Notes: generated by a model from the letters alone, not told the origin. 58,242 nt of DNA, filler included, from Squatina squatina (GCA_031763465.1; 3 parts of 3 records of this genome joined end to end with filler, not necessarily neighbours in it); one strand, 5' to 3'. Counted from the whole stretch's first letter, positions 22,831 to 36,045 are shown. Numbers and translations: made by a program.

Positions 22831-24409
22831 TATATTGTGAATGGTTAATTGAAAAGTATGAATGATGTTGAATTTAACATCATACTTTTATTATATCTGA
22901 GAAAAGCTAATATATTTAAAACCATTATCCAGACAAAAAAACATTCTGACCAACAAATTCGTACATGTGACTAGAATTAAGCTTGGGACTTCCTACATTG
23001 GATAAAACAGTGCATGAATTACGAATTCAGTGCACTTCACTGTTATTACTTCTGTTATTCACAATGTCTTTCACCTAATACCGCACTAAATGTGTGAGTG
23101 CTCCACGCAGCTTTCAGTTCTGGCATGCTAATTTATATTCACTCCAGTAATGATGTAAATCACTGAAACACTTTCAGCTCTCAGCCTGTGATACTAATTT
23201 ATTTGCAGTGTTGAGCTGCCTGAGCAGTATGTCACCAAAGAAAGTGTCAGCTCATGTAGTAATTCACTTTGAAATCAGAAACTATAAGTTAAATGTATGT
23301 TTTTTCATTTGTATACGGTCTTTTGACGGTGAAAAGCAGGACTATTAAAAATATGTACTATTGTGCAGTTTAGTCGCAAATCTATTACTACTTGTTAAAA
23401 AAATGCACAGATATCATAATTACTAAATAAGCCAAAAGTATTTCTAAAAAGGTGATGGAAGATGCTTTAAAACTGCAGTATCAACATTACTAAACAGTAA
23501 ATCTGAAGATACAGTTCTTGCATTTCTTTCTTTTAAAACACACATTATGAGGATCCCTCACCCTGCCCCAATTCAGATTTCATGATTTTTGGCTTGATTC
23601 TGGTCTAAATCTGTACAAAATTATATTGCAGCATGCAGTTAAAACATACAAAAATGAATCATTGACAGAAACTCCCCCTTCACAATTGCAAATAAAGTTT
23701 GTTTCAGGCACTGTAACGTGATGAATATTGCAGTATTGTGATAGCAAACCCATGGCCACATGTTCTGCTCTGTACTGTGTGAACTTGTCAGCATGTCCAG
23801 TGCAGGGAAGACATTTTGCACGTAAAGCCCAACATGCTAGGGACATGTACATATCTCATTTGAGAGAAACATCACGCATTGCATTTGTGGATGTTGACTA
23901 ATTGCTTGCAAACATGGAAAATTATTTTGCGAGAGCCCTCCCTTGTGTATGTATCATGTTGTGTTTATGTTTTTGCATCATTGATGCTAGCAAGCTGAAT
24001 GTGATATTGTGACATGTAAAATCTGATCTAAAATTGTATAAAATGTGTTACTGTGGTTTGTTAATATAGAAATTTACATAAATCACTGAGATTCACCAAA
24101 ATTATATATCCATAAATCTCAAACTGGTGGGGCTTACCCATTATTTAGTAATTCATAATAAACCATTAAAAGATAACTAAGTATTTGCAACAATAAGCCT
24201 TTACAGTATAGTGGGGTATTTTGACATAGTAATTTTAGTAGATTCCACATCCCCAAATAAATTGGCAACAAAACAAATTAACAAAACGATTTCCCTAGAT
24301 GAATTATATTTGGTCAGAAGTTATATACTATTCCTCCCCCACTCCACCACCACTACCTCCTAAACCAGCAAAGGTGCCACATTTGATCCTCAGTATAATT
24401 AAAATAAAT

Positions 24410-24590
24410 GCATAGAATCTTACAGCAGAGAAGGAGGCCTTTCAGCCTATCCTGCCTGTACCGGCTCTTTGAAAGAGCTATCCAATTAGTCCCACTCTCC
24501 TGCCCTTTCTCCATATTGTTCCCTTTAAAATATATATTCAATTCCAGATCATAACATCTTGCTGTGTAAAAAAAAAAAATCTCCCCTCCA
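24410..24590 (-). mobile_element. CR1 LINE 3' end
   Basis: catagaatcttacagcagagaaggaggcc...ggctctttgaaagagctatccaattagtcccactc. Confidence 0.8.
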
Positions 24591-25370
24591 ATTATTGAAA
24601 TGAAAAGCAAAATTGATTTTTAACAGTAAATAAAGAAACTAACTGTATTTGCAAAAAGCTGTGTTCATTCTTGATATACTCACTGCTGAATTAATGTTCA
24701 GGTGCTGGTGTAAATAGTACTCCCTGCAGTGTGACTGAGAATTTGACTGTTGAAATGCTGCATACTTGTTACCAGGCTGCCCATTTAAACCCCGTTTGTT
24801 AGGAGATGGTTTACTTGACACAGTGATCCTGGCCCAAATGGCCGGCTGCGGATCACCCGTGTCTTCCTCCCACGTTAACCGTGGTAACTCGNNNNNNNNN
24901 NNNNNNNNNNNNNNNNNNNNNNNNNNNNNNNNNNNNNNNNNNNNNNNNNNNNNNNNNNNNNNNNNNNNNNNNNNNNNNNNNNNNNNNNNNNTAAAGAAGC
25001 TTCATAGATCAGTGCATAGGAACAACTCATACGGGACATTTAATAGATTTTAGATGTGTTGTAGATATTACAGCAGATATTTGAATTTATTCCGTGTTTA
25101 TATACATAAAGTGCATTAGTACTCATGTATATGCAGCCAGTACAGGACCATATTAATGCAATAATGCTTCGCACCACGCGGCTGCAGAACATTGATGCCT
25201 ATTCCCAAGTGTTTGCCCAGAGTTCATATATATGTATGTGTATATATATATATATATATATTAAACCATTAATTATACAAAGCAGAGCTGAAAGTGTCCC
25301 ATTAAAACTGTTGTGTTATAGCATCTGTGTTGTCTTTTGTCCTGACATGTCCACTTCTTCCTTTGAGTAG

Positions 25371-25616
25371 AAGTTGTTGAGAGTCCAGCATCTGATGAAG
25401 AGGAGCCAGCAGTAGCTCTTAAGCAAGAGCATATTCAAGAGCGTTGGTCTGCTGAGCACTTAGTGCAAGCAGAAGCTGTAGCCCAGGCCCGGGATACCAA
25501 ATGTGTGGAGGTCACATCATCAAATGAAGACAGTGTGCCAGCTGAGATTCCCAATGGAAAGGGCATGACTCTTAGGGAGGTTGGGTCCCTGGAAGAAATG
25601 CCACCTTCTGTAGAAG
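25371..25616 (+). CDS. MAP2: MAP2 cassette exon (246 nt, phase 1-1), MAP2a exon-8-like
   Basis: ctttgagtag|EVVESPASDEEEPAVALKQEHIQERWSAEHLVQAEAVAQARDTKCVEVTSSNEDSVPAEIPNGKGMTLREVGSLEEMPPSVE|gtgtgt; open acidic frame, not in the ORF track. Confidence 0.7.
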
Positions 25617-26296
25617 GTGTGTCTTCCTGTTGACTTCCACATAATGACAAATGCCTTTTGAGAATCTTTTTCCTTCCAAGTCTTTGTTTGTATATTGCTG
25701 GTAGACATTTTGCTTGAAGGATAATGTAATTATTGTGCATAAATTGCTTTTGGCTGATCTGATGCTGGCTACAGGAGCAACAATGATTTCCCACCACTGC
25801 TGCTGACACTTGAATTATTTTGTTTCCATGATGTCACATGCTTTGCAGCTGAGCTGATTTTTTTTTAAAAGCACATGAGGCTTTTCATTGCCTAAATGTT
25901 TGCCAGTTACATTGCCGAGAAGTATCAATTATTTTAAAGCTGATTCACCTGCTTTCTAATTAGTCGACTTACTAGTGATCAGAAGATTTTTTTTAAGTTG
26001 CACTTCTGTATTTTCAGCTTGTCAGGTTTTATTTTAAAAAAGAGATTGTTTCGCTTCATGTTTTAGTGCTGGCATCTTGCATTTATTGTTTTATTCGGGC
26101 TATGGCAAGTGCTTATCATTAGAAATCATTTTCTGTTTTCAAAGATGGGCAGATAGGATCAAGATGGTTATAGTGAGAAATCATTTTTCGGTTTAAACGC
26201 ACGGCTTGATACATAATTAGGATTTTGTTAAAATTATTGCCAGGACAATATTGTGTCCAGCAAGACAATGATAGAAAAACTATCTAGCCTGGGGTA

Positions 26297-26396
26297 NNNN
26301 NNNNNNNNNNNNNNNNNNNNNNNNNNNNNNNNNNNNNNNNTTAATTAATTAANNNNNNNNNNNNNNNNNNNNNNNNNNNNNNNNNNNNNNNNNNNN
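26297..26396. other. Artificial scaffold-joining spacer (N..TTAATTAATTAA..N)
   Basis: A 12-mer with stops in all six frames embedded in Ns; recurs at 44901-44912; gene neighbourhood changes across it. Confidence 0.92.
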
Positions 26397-26500
26397 GGCG
26401 CTTTATAATGCAAGTTGTTGTTTGCCACTCTGGAGTTGTTATACAGTATTTGATTGTTTGCTTGTCAATATTTTTACTAGTGTATGCATCCCCTTTCCAG

Positions 26501-26635
26501 ATTCGAAATCTTAAAGGTTTTTGGGAAGAGCTGAATAGGAATGTGGAATCTGTGAAGAATTTAGAAAGTTTACATAGTACACGGTACAATAATAGTTCCT
26601 TGAGAAGAATCAAAGCAAAGCTATTTTCAGAAATG
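26501..26635 (+). CDS. Unassigned internal coding exon (135 nt, phase 0-0)
   Basis: ccctttccag|IRNLKGFWEELNRNVESVKNLESLHSTRYNNSSLRRIKAKLFSEM|gtaaga; only one frame open; strong splice sites. Confidence 0.65.
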
Positions 26636-26919
26636 GTAAGACAATTTTAGTGAGCATTCATAGTTTTTAATGTAACCAGTAAGCAATTTATCACTTTGGA
26701 AACCATTGAAAGTTGCTTGTATGTGACATTTAGTTTTAATAAAACTAAAAGGGTATTTATTTTTAAATTAGGACTGTATATTGATCTTGAGTAATTTTTT
26801 TGAATCAGTAAAGTGAGGTTAATGGTTTTAGGAAAGAAAACGTTGACCCCTTAAATACTCACACCTTGCAGTGTGCGTATTGGGAACCTTCACTCCTCAC
26901 GAATGCACAGATGCACAGA

Positions 26920-27052
26920 CGGGAGAAAGGTATATTGGGATATGTTGATGGGGTTAGATAAAGAGGGGTGGGAGGAGGCTCATGTGGCAATAAACACCGG
27001 CATGGGCCTATTGGGCTGAATGGAATGTTTCTGTGCTGTAAATATTATGTTA
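26920..27052 (+). mobile_element. CR1 LINE 3' end
   Basis: gggagaaagg...gggtgggaggaggctc...gggctgaatgg..tttctgtgctgtaaatatt. Confidence 0.7.
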
Positions 27053-27280
27053 TATAGAAGTTACATCAAAGGCTCTGAAGACTGTGGGGGTGTTCATTTC
27101 GTGAATGACCATTGTGTCTCAAAACTAAGAATACTGGATGGTCTAATGGTTGTATTACATAAAGTTTGATATTAGAGAGCATGAATACAATGGAACAGGC
27201 CCATGTTCAGCCAAAAGACCATTTGTTACAAATATTGTTGAGCACTAGGAGCACAATCCTGGAATTTTCCAGTGACATAA

Positions 27281-28937
27281 TGGCCCCGATATTAATCTCA
27301 AGGCAGCTTCCGAGTTGTGGGGGGGTGGGCGGGGTGGAATGTGGAATTGTTTGGGGGAAACTCGGAAGTTAACTGGGCAGGCCGGAAACTGTTATTTCAA
27401 CTCACTTGAGCCAATTAACTTTGACTTCCGAGTTCTGCATCTCCGAGCTGTGCAGTGGGTGTGATGCACACTTGCATGAAGCAATCTCAGCTGTATTCAA
27501 AGGGACAATCCACAAATGTAAATTGGAGGTGTTCAGGATGGATGGTGGACATAGAGCAAGGGCGGCACCCAGATTTAATGATGCCTTGCTGGAATTACTG
27601 CTGGCTGCAGTCAGGAGGAGGAGGGATATACTTTTCCACAGCAATGGGAGGAAGAAACCTGCTGCTCCTCCAAGAAGGCGTGGATGGAGGTACATGAAGA
27701 AGTGAGCAGCAGGGGCGTTGTGCCCAGGTCATGGATGCAATGAAGAAAGCAGTTTAATGACCTAGCTGGGCCAGGAAAAGTGAGTACATTTGCGAATTCA
27801 ATTATATTCTGCGCTTTAATCCCGCTCCTCTTTTGCTTTTCTCACTCCTTGCCATATGGGATGTACCACTTAGACGCAGTGAGAGGCTTAAGCTGAAGAA
27901 ATTGTAATTCACCAAGGGTGTGTGACAAAATGTTATGTTAAGTTATTTTTTTTATAACAACACATAAATTTTAATGATTTGTGCCACTTTCACTTCTAGT
28001 CCATTATTGCAACCTGGGGGCTAACTCGTCCTTTCACTTGTTTCATGATGAATGTCAATGCATGACAGGACCCATTGGGCAGATGTGCAATGGGTGAATG
28101 AGTGGTTGAAGGACTTTTTAATGCAAAGGCAGAGGAGTGGGGCTGGTGAATTTCATTTGTTATGTTTCACACTAAGTGAGCCGTTGCGATATTTGGGCAT
28201 CCATGATATCTCTGGCTGTAATGTAAGTTGCTGGTCTGGCAATGGGTGGCCCGTGTTCATCCTCCTCCTCTAAGTTCTCCTCGTCCGAAGATGAGTGATG
28301 AGCCCCTTTGTCCCGCACCTGCAAACCTCCCTCCTGTGGACCTCTCTCTTGTGCATATGCTGATCCCACCATAGCACGTCATCGCCGCCGTGGATGGTGA
28401 TGGTCCTCCTCTTCTGATGTGATGGCAAACACATCCAAGGTGCCTCCCATCCTGATCTTGTCAATTTGAAAGTCTCCAAGGTTGTAAAAAGCTGTATCCA
28501 CACAAGCACTCTCTGCCAGACATTTGCCAGTGGGAACTGAGACAGCAGCTGCAACAAGTGAGGTTTTATTAAGATGGGACAATGACAAGTTTAAGTATCT
28601 TGTTGAACTGCTGCTCAAACTCGTCTCTGTTTCCCTCGCCAGTCTCCTGAGCCCCGGGAAGCCCATCCTTTTTTTTGTCAAGTTAAAAACAATTTTAAAA
28701 TACCTCATTAACGTCTCCNNNNNNNNNNGCTAATTGCACCAATAAGTATTGCCCGCATCAAATTCGGAAATTCCTGACTTTGGTGAGTAGCTTTCTTGCC
28801 GGCATCCAAATGCACCTCTGATAAATCAGAAGTGGGTGTGTTAGAGCCGGGTTGTGCTCCATCTAGAAAAAAGTCAATAATTTTTATCCTCCTACCTGCT
28901 CCTAACCCACCTGTTCTTGGGGGTTAGATTTCCCCCC
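27281..28937. mobile_element. Internally deleted Harbinger element: Myb/SANT exon 1 (+, 27538-27779) convergent with a probable transposase remnant (-, 28172-28450)
   Basis: MDGGHRARAAPRFNDALLELLLAAVRRRRDILFHSNGRKKP..AWMEV..WMQ*RKQFNDLAGPGK|gtgagt; minus strand MGGTLDVFAITSEEED...SSDEENLEEEDE...ARDIMDAQISQRLT*; ends approximate. Confidence 0.65.
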
Positions 28938-28939
28938 AG

Positions 28940-29245
28940 TGACACAAAAGTACAGGGTTCCGCAAACAGCAAGGAAAACTGTGTAATACTTCAGGCATTG
29001 GCCAGGCAGGTGGCAGATGTNNNNNNNNNNNNNNNNNNNNNNNNNNNNNNNNNNNNNNNNNNNNNNNNNNNNNNNNNNNNNNNNNNNNNNNNNNNNNNNN
29101 NNNNNNNNNNNNNNNNNNNNTTGGTCACTGCAACTCAGGAAAGATATATTGGCTTTGGAAAGTGTACTGCGCAGATTCACCAGAACTGTGGTTAAATTGA
29201 GAGGACAGGTTAGCTTGTATGGCCTACTCCTGTTCCTATGTTCCT
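28940..29245 (+). mobile_element. CR1 LINE ORF2 fragments around a gap
   Basis: DTKV.GSANSKENC..LQ; WSLQLRKDILALESVLRRFTR. Confidence 0.7.
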
Positions 29246-31451
29246 TCATTCTGGGACTTGGCCCCTCACCCATGTTTCTCAAAAAAAAATCCTTTCAGTA
29301 TCAACACCAACATTTCACCAATATTTTATTAAATATGATACATGGAATATCACTTGCAAGCAATCCAGACTGAATATATCAGTCACGTTTATATTAATCT
29401 GTGAAGCTGTGTGAATCTCACGCAGATAAGCAAAAATGACTTAAACTTGGTCTACTATAGCCTTCTTTTGGGTGAAGATCTGGATTATTAAGGGTTAAAA
29501 TGCTTTGTTTTCACATGCACACACACAGTATCATTTTAAGAGACTTTGGCAGACTAAAAACATTTACACATTTTGATTCCTTTTATGTTAGAATGTCTTC
29601 AATTTCTCAAAGCTGGTCTGCATACAATTCACTTACCCCTTAAAAGAATCTTATGCCCAATTATTGAAGCAAATCTATAATAAAGCATACTTCAAAGAAA
29701 TGGCTGTTGCTATGGTGATTCAAGAGAGAAACTGACTGCATATAGTCACATGTCCTGGGAACATAAAGTATTATTAAATGATATAGATCAGGTGATTGCA
29801 AACTATTGGGCCTGAAATTGCGATCGGAGGCTTCCTGTATACGGATGCCTCCGATCACAAATATCTCTACGAACTTACCTGAGGGACGGGAGCNNNNNNN
29901 NNNNNNNNNNNNNNNNNNNNNNNNNNNNNNNNNNNNNNNNNNNNNNNNNNNNNNNNNNNNNNNNNNNNNNNNNNNNNNNNNNNNNNNNNNNNNNNNNNNN
30001 NNNNNNNNNNNNNNNNNNNNNNNNNNNNNNNNNNNNNNNNNNNNNNNNNNNNNNNNNNNNNNNNNNNNNNNNNNNNNNNNNNNNNNNNNNNNNNNNNNNN
30101 NNNNNNNNNNNNNNNNNNNNNNNNNNNNNNNNNNNNNNNNNNNNNNNNNNNNNNNNNNNNNNNNNNNNNNNNNNNNNNNNNNNNNNNNNNNNNNNNNNNN
30201 NNNNNNNNNNNNNNNNNNNNNNNNNNNNNNNNNNNNAAACAGGTGTTTGTTAAAATACTTGCCTAAATGTGGAGCTGGGAGGAGCAGCACCCCACACCCA
30301 CTCTCCTGATCACTCCCCCTCCCTCCTCGTAGCGAACAGGGGAGGATTAAGAAAGAGAAAAGGGAAAGTGAAAATAAATAAGAAGGGAAAGATGCTACGG
30401 AGCAGAGGATGAATGAATGGAGGATAAGAATAAGGAACGGATGGGGTTAGAATAAGAGAACCTATTGAGGGGAAGGTGCTATTTGAGAAACACACACAAA
30501 CCTGTCACGGAATGGGTGGCGAGGGAGTATCCTGTTGCAGAGACATCTCACGCTCTGATTGGAGTGGGAGAGACAGTTGCTGTCAGGGCTTAGCAAGCCC
30601 ACACTATAATGCACTGTATCCTCCGAATTACTTTGAGCACATCATGGCAGATCCACTAGTTTATACTAATAATTTACAGTTAAATATATTTTTGAGCAAG
30701 TGATTTCAAAATTTGCCCTTGCTCATTTGCAAGAATTGATATCTGTTCATGTTTTCATAAGTAGAAATGTATCTATTTATTAACTATCTTATTTATTTGA
30801 CACAGTTATTATTTGTATATTATAGTTAAATGAGTGCAACTGTAGTGCTGATACCTGAATATTAAAGTATTATTTAAGTATTGTTGGATACAGGCTATTT
30901 GAATGCAAATAGAAAGTTCTGTTGCTATCATTGCCCTGTATTAGGTACGTAGTAAGTATAATCTGTAGATAGGATTTGAAAAAAAATTATTTAATGCATT
31001 TATCTTGTGCAAGTGTGCAATAAATATATTTACAATCACGTGAGTTGCTGTTTTGAAAATTAACAGCTCTAGTTGCATTTTAGGCCTAGGTGCTGGTACA
31101 CACTAAAACAAATAATATGTCTGGTAATATGTCATGAAAACAATAGTTCTTAGATTAATGCTTTGCAGGTAACAATGACTATACATATAAGATACTTAGT
31201 AGGACTTGAAGTTTAATTCTTGCTGGTAGATCTATGAAGCATTAAGCATTGTGTCTGTGGTTATCCAGTAATAAGAGCTGCATGTTAGTTCTTTGTCTGC
31301 ATTTTGTTGCCACACTTTATGAGGCGATGTTATATGTTTTAAATACCATTCTAACGTTGATTTTTATAGTGTAGTTTTGGGACAGTTATCTTGTGTTTGA
31401 ATTGTTACTCACCCCTTTTGCAGATAGGGTGATCATGTTGTTTGTTAATCA

Positions 31452-32295
31452 CAGGATAGCAAGAAAGTGAGCAAGGCAGGGAAAAAAGCTGGGAGAAAGA
31501 CAGGGAGACAGACAGGGAAACAGGCAGGGAGAAAGACAGGAACCAAAAAAGGGAGCAAAGCAGGGAGAAAAGGAGGGAGAAATACAGGCAGATAGGCACG
31601 ATGAAAAGCAAGGAGAAAGGCACTGAGCAAGACAAGGAGAAAGGCAGGGAGAAAGGCAGGGAGAAAGACAGGGAAAATGCAGGGAGCAATATAGTGAACA
31701 AGGCAGGGAGAAAGGCAGGGAGAAAGGGAGGGAGAAAGGCAGGGAGCAAGATCGGGAGAAAGACAGGGTGAAAAGCATAGAGAAAGTCGGGAGCAAATCA
31801 GGAAGAAAGACAGGGTGGAAAGCAGGGAGAAAGAGAGAGATTGAAAGGCAGTGACAAATACTGGAAAAAAGCTGGGGAGGAAGGCAGTGTGAAAAGCCGG
31901 GAGAAAGTCGGGAGAAAATCAGGAGGAAAGACAGGGAGAAAAGCTGGGAGAAAGGGAGGGAGAAAGAGAGAGAGTGAAAGGCAGTGACAAAGACTGGAAA
32001 AAAGCTGGGGAGGAAGGCAGGGAGAAAATCAGGGAGAAAATCAGGGAGAAAGACATGGAGAAAGACAGGGAAAGACAGGTAGAAAGTGAGAAAGACAGGG
32101 AGAAATTAAGGGAGTAAGGCAGAGAGAAAGGAAGGGCGAAAGGCAGAGATTAAAACAGGGAGAATGACAGGGAGATAGGCAGGAAGAAAGGGAGGGAGAA
32201 AGGCAGGGAGAAATGGAGGGAAAAAAGCAGGGAGAAAGGCAGGGAGCAAGGCAGGGAACAAGCCAGGGAACAAGGCAGGGAGAAAGATAGGGAGA
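31452..32295. repeat. Purine-rich 12-bp minisatellite (consensus ~ggcagggagaaa), runs into a gap
   Basis: Dozens of degenerate units; the + strand is almost devoid of T; internal duplication at ~31825-31887 and ~31960-32020. Confidence 0.92.
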
Positions 32296-33439
32296 NNNNN
32301 NNNNNNNNNNNNNNNNNNNNNNNNNNNNNNNNNNNNNNNNNNNNNNNNNNNNNNNNNNNNNNNNNNNNNNNNNNNNNNNNNNNNNNNNNNNNNNNCGACA
32401 TTCCCTCGGAGGATTAAATAAATGGAATAAAATCCATGATAGGGTAGATTGCACGTCATCTGTGGAGAAGTTGGCATGATGGACTGAATCATTTCTCCTT
32501 TCATGCCTACTTAAAGCCTTATAAAACGTACTGAAACTCATCTAAAGGGATGAATTTTCTTTGGTCTCCAACAGCTAAAAGTCAGAATCAGTGATGCGGT
32601 AGTGAAGTGTCAGTACGAGCAGATACAAAGATTTGTGCATTCTTGTTACTATTTTCCGATTGCTTCAAGTATCAGCTATCAGTAATCCCTGCCATATCTA
32701 TCCGATATGCTGGCCAAAACCAGAAATTCCCTTCAATAAATACAGTTCCAAAAATCCATATTGTGTTCCCCCAAGTATAACTGGGGCATCTGCTGGTCTA
32801 CATCAACAAGACCCCAAACCTAAAACAAGTGGGTACTTTACGTGAGTATAAAGGCCAAACCTCTATTAGAATGCAAAGAATGTTGGTATTAATACCTCAT
32901 TCACAGAATCTGTTCCTGTTCCTAATTAGGCAGTTTTACCTTACTTCAGTGTCTAGGAACTGTCCCACATACTAAATTTATCATGACTAAGCACCATGAT
33001 ATTTTGGCAGAGACACAAAAATTGATACTTGGCATTACTAGTGCTGCGAACAACACTTCAAAGGTTTAGTTGCAAGATCATCATCTAAAGTCCTAGAGAA
33101 CTGTTCTGCCAAGGCTGTGAATTAAACTCTACTGTGGTACTAATAATATCAGATCACAACTGTGGCTTGAGATACATGATCCTGACACGAGATGAAAAGA
33201 AACATAAATATATTTGCAACATTTTTAATAATCATCCCATTGATAAATGACAGATATAGATTTGGGGAAGGTAGATTTGGGCATGCAACAAAGTGGAAAT
33301 AATTGTGCTGTAGATGAAAATGGAGTTTGCTTCAATCTGTACTAGTCAGCAAGGACAATGGAAAAGCCAAACACAGTGAACCCCAGCTTGAGTGCTTCTT
33401 GGCCTCTTGCTTCCCCTACCCCAAAGGGCTTCTCAGCCT

Positions 33440-33544
33440 AATTGGTTCCTCCCCCAAGTATTCATTTTACAGGAGCGCAGCTTGCATTGCTGGTTATCTT
33501 CCAGAATTCTATCGACTCTGGAACAGTTCCCATGGATTGGAGGG
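33440..33544 (+). mobile_element. CR1 LINE RT-region fragment
   Basis: ALLVIFQNSIDSGTVPMDWR. Confidence 0.8.
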
Positions 33545-33779
33545 NNNNNNNNNNNNNNNNNNNNNNNNNNNNNNNNNNNNNNNNNNNNNNNNNNNNNNNN
33601 NNNNNNNNNNNNNNNNNNNNNNNNNNNNNNNNNNNNNNNNNNNNAGCCCTCATCCCATTCTGGATCCACTGTATACGAAGCCTACGCCTCTGTTTAAGGT
33701 AAATCATGTGATGACGATGCAGCTCTATATCCACCGCTAAAGCAGCACCCATATCTGAATTTCTGTGATGAGAAGTCAA

Positions 33780-34222
33780 CCTGAATGATGACCACCAAGC
33801 AACGACGTATCTCGCAGTAATGTTGACGCTTCACAAATACCCCTTCCACTTTGAGTACAGCTGCACAGCATGAGCATCCATAATGGAGGACTGTAAAAGG
33901 CTGACAAACATGCCCCTTTAGATAGCGCCATCACTACCAAAATGGTGGTTGTCGACACCAGAAAAAAAACTGGTGCGGGTAGCGCTTCCTTTTTACGATG
34001 ATGGCACAGGGGAATTTTGGAGGGTGAGTCTAGAAGCGGCAGCGCGCAGGCTGATGATGTCATTGTGGCCTGCCGGCGCCCGGCATCCAGCGCTGATTTG
34101 ATGCCGGCGTCAAGCTGAGATTATTTCCTTAGTGTACACCAAGGACGCCACCAGCGGGCGAAGGGCACTTACACCCATTTCACGCCCATTCTGTGCTGGC
34201 ACAGAACCTCCAATTGGGGCCC
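33780..34222. mobile_element. Harbinger-like MITE right part
   Basis: GC-rich; ends ctccaattggggccc. Confidence 0.55.
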
Positions 34223-36023
34223 TAGAATGTCTTAAAATAAATCTTCCATTTATTCCCAGTTAATAAAATAAGTGCTTTAACCACTCAATCTAAGAAATTA
34301 TATTCTTAAATCTACATTACTGCCATTTATATTTTGCGAGCTAGTTAAATTTATTGCCAAATTTTATTCTGACAATAGCACAGCAGGGAGCAAACTAGCC
34401 TCAACCGAAACAATGCACTCTAATTAAAACTGCGCTTGCACCAATTAAACAATATTGTTAGACTAGCATAATCGCACAATTCCCAAAACAATTATGATCT
34501 TCCCATTGTTAAATAAATCAGCTCTAACTGCTCTACAAAATTCTAAAAGCACTGGGGAAAAATTCTAGCCAATTTACTCAAATTAATTAAGATTGTTTAA
34601 TCACCTTTTTAGTTTGCATTTTTAATTAAAATGAAATGGTTGCAGTGAACTTTTCATATAATTTTTAACAATCATTGTAAAAAAACTGCAATAAATTGCT
34701 CTCATTTGCAATCCTTATTCCAGAATTTCAGGACTAAAACAAACANNNNNNNNNNNNNNNNNNNNNNNNNNNNNNNNNNNNNNNNNNNNNNNNNNNNNNN
34801 NNNNNNNNNNNNNNNNNNNNNNNNNNNNNNNNNNNNNNNNNNNNNTCATTAGGAACAGGTTTCTGACTTGACTTTTGTAAAATGTTATTTGTTCACTGAA
34901 ACCCTGAAGATGATCATCTCCTTTTAAAATATGCAAAATGTCACAGGCACACAGATTCTCATCAACACCCGTGGTGAACATCATTAAGATGTTTCCAGGA
35001 AAATTAATTGAAAGACTCATTAAAAACAAATTAAGAAAAATGTGTTGCGGAATGTATCTGCTCAGTTCATAAATCAATCCAAAGCTCATTCCAGACTCTA
35101 ATAATTAACTGCAATTTATTTACTTTGTAGTGACTGAATGAATTATGATAAAGTCATGTGATTATATTAGTAATGTTAGCCATTCAGAACACCAGTCTCT
35201 CATTTGTGTATCTTTTGTAATATTAAATAGGTATATCTATAAAATGAGCATTATCTGCAGACAGTAAGAGATAAATTAATAGTTTCAAATATAAATCTAA
35301 ATAAATAACCTTTCTTAATAAAAATATGAAGATAATATTTTATAATGAATCATTAGGCAATAGTTTGAGTTAAATCTCGATCAGGACATTTCCAAATATC
35401 TAACTTATGTACTCCCATTGTTATGCTACGGTTCTGAAAGCTTGCTTGTCCCATGGTTAGCCAGTTTATTTTCACAAGATTTATCTTTAAGCATAAGATT
35501 TAACAATCAATATATCAAGCACAACCAACACAAATGATAGATTTTCAAACCAAACCTTGTTTTTAAAACTCAGATGAAAAACAACAGTATAACAAAAAAA
35601 TGACTGGAATATCAGTTTAGTAAATTCGCTTTCAGGTCAAACACAAAGGATCTTTTACAGCTTAAATTTCATAATTACAATGACATCTCCAAAAAGTTAC
35701 ATCTGTGGCTGTGGGGTGAGTCTAGTACTGAATGACATTCACTTTCCCAAAAGTATTTGTAATATCCAAATAGCTATGGTTTGTACACTCAGTTTTACCA
35801 GAGTCTACGAAAATCTGAAAAAAATAGAACTGATAAACTAAAATAGTTTAAACTTAACATTAGCAGAACTTTACCTTGTTTTACTGGCTTAAAACCAGTG
35901 CATGTAACATTTATCACACTGGTGTGCCTGAGTTCTTCCAAGTCAGAATGTTCTTACTACTAATGCTGGTATTGGTTTGACATACTTATTTCTGTCAAAG
36001 TAGTGTGACCCAGCAACATGGCA

Positions 36024-36045
36024 TTATACCATTGGTTCGCCATCA
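36024..36045 (-). CDS. Putative terminal coding exon of an unassigned gene (..DGEPMV*)
   Basis: tctttcctgcccacag|T GAT GGC GAA CCA ATG GTA TAA; phase matches the 37676 donor; followed by AT-rich 3'UTR-like sequence. Confidence 0.4.

Noticed and set aside
26341-26352. Palindromic TTAATTAATTAA (also at 44901-44912) as a biological motif
   Set aside because: Embedded symmetrically in Ns with stops in all six frames, so it is an assembly linker. Adjacency of MAP2, block 2 and WDR17 is therefore not evidence of a rearrangement
31405-32541. SPCL/SLPF/FLPA repeat proteins
   Set aside because: By-products of a 12-bp minisatellite; no convincing start or splice context
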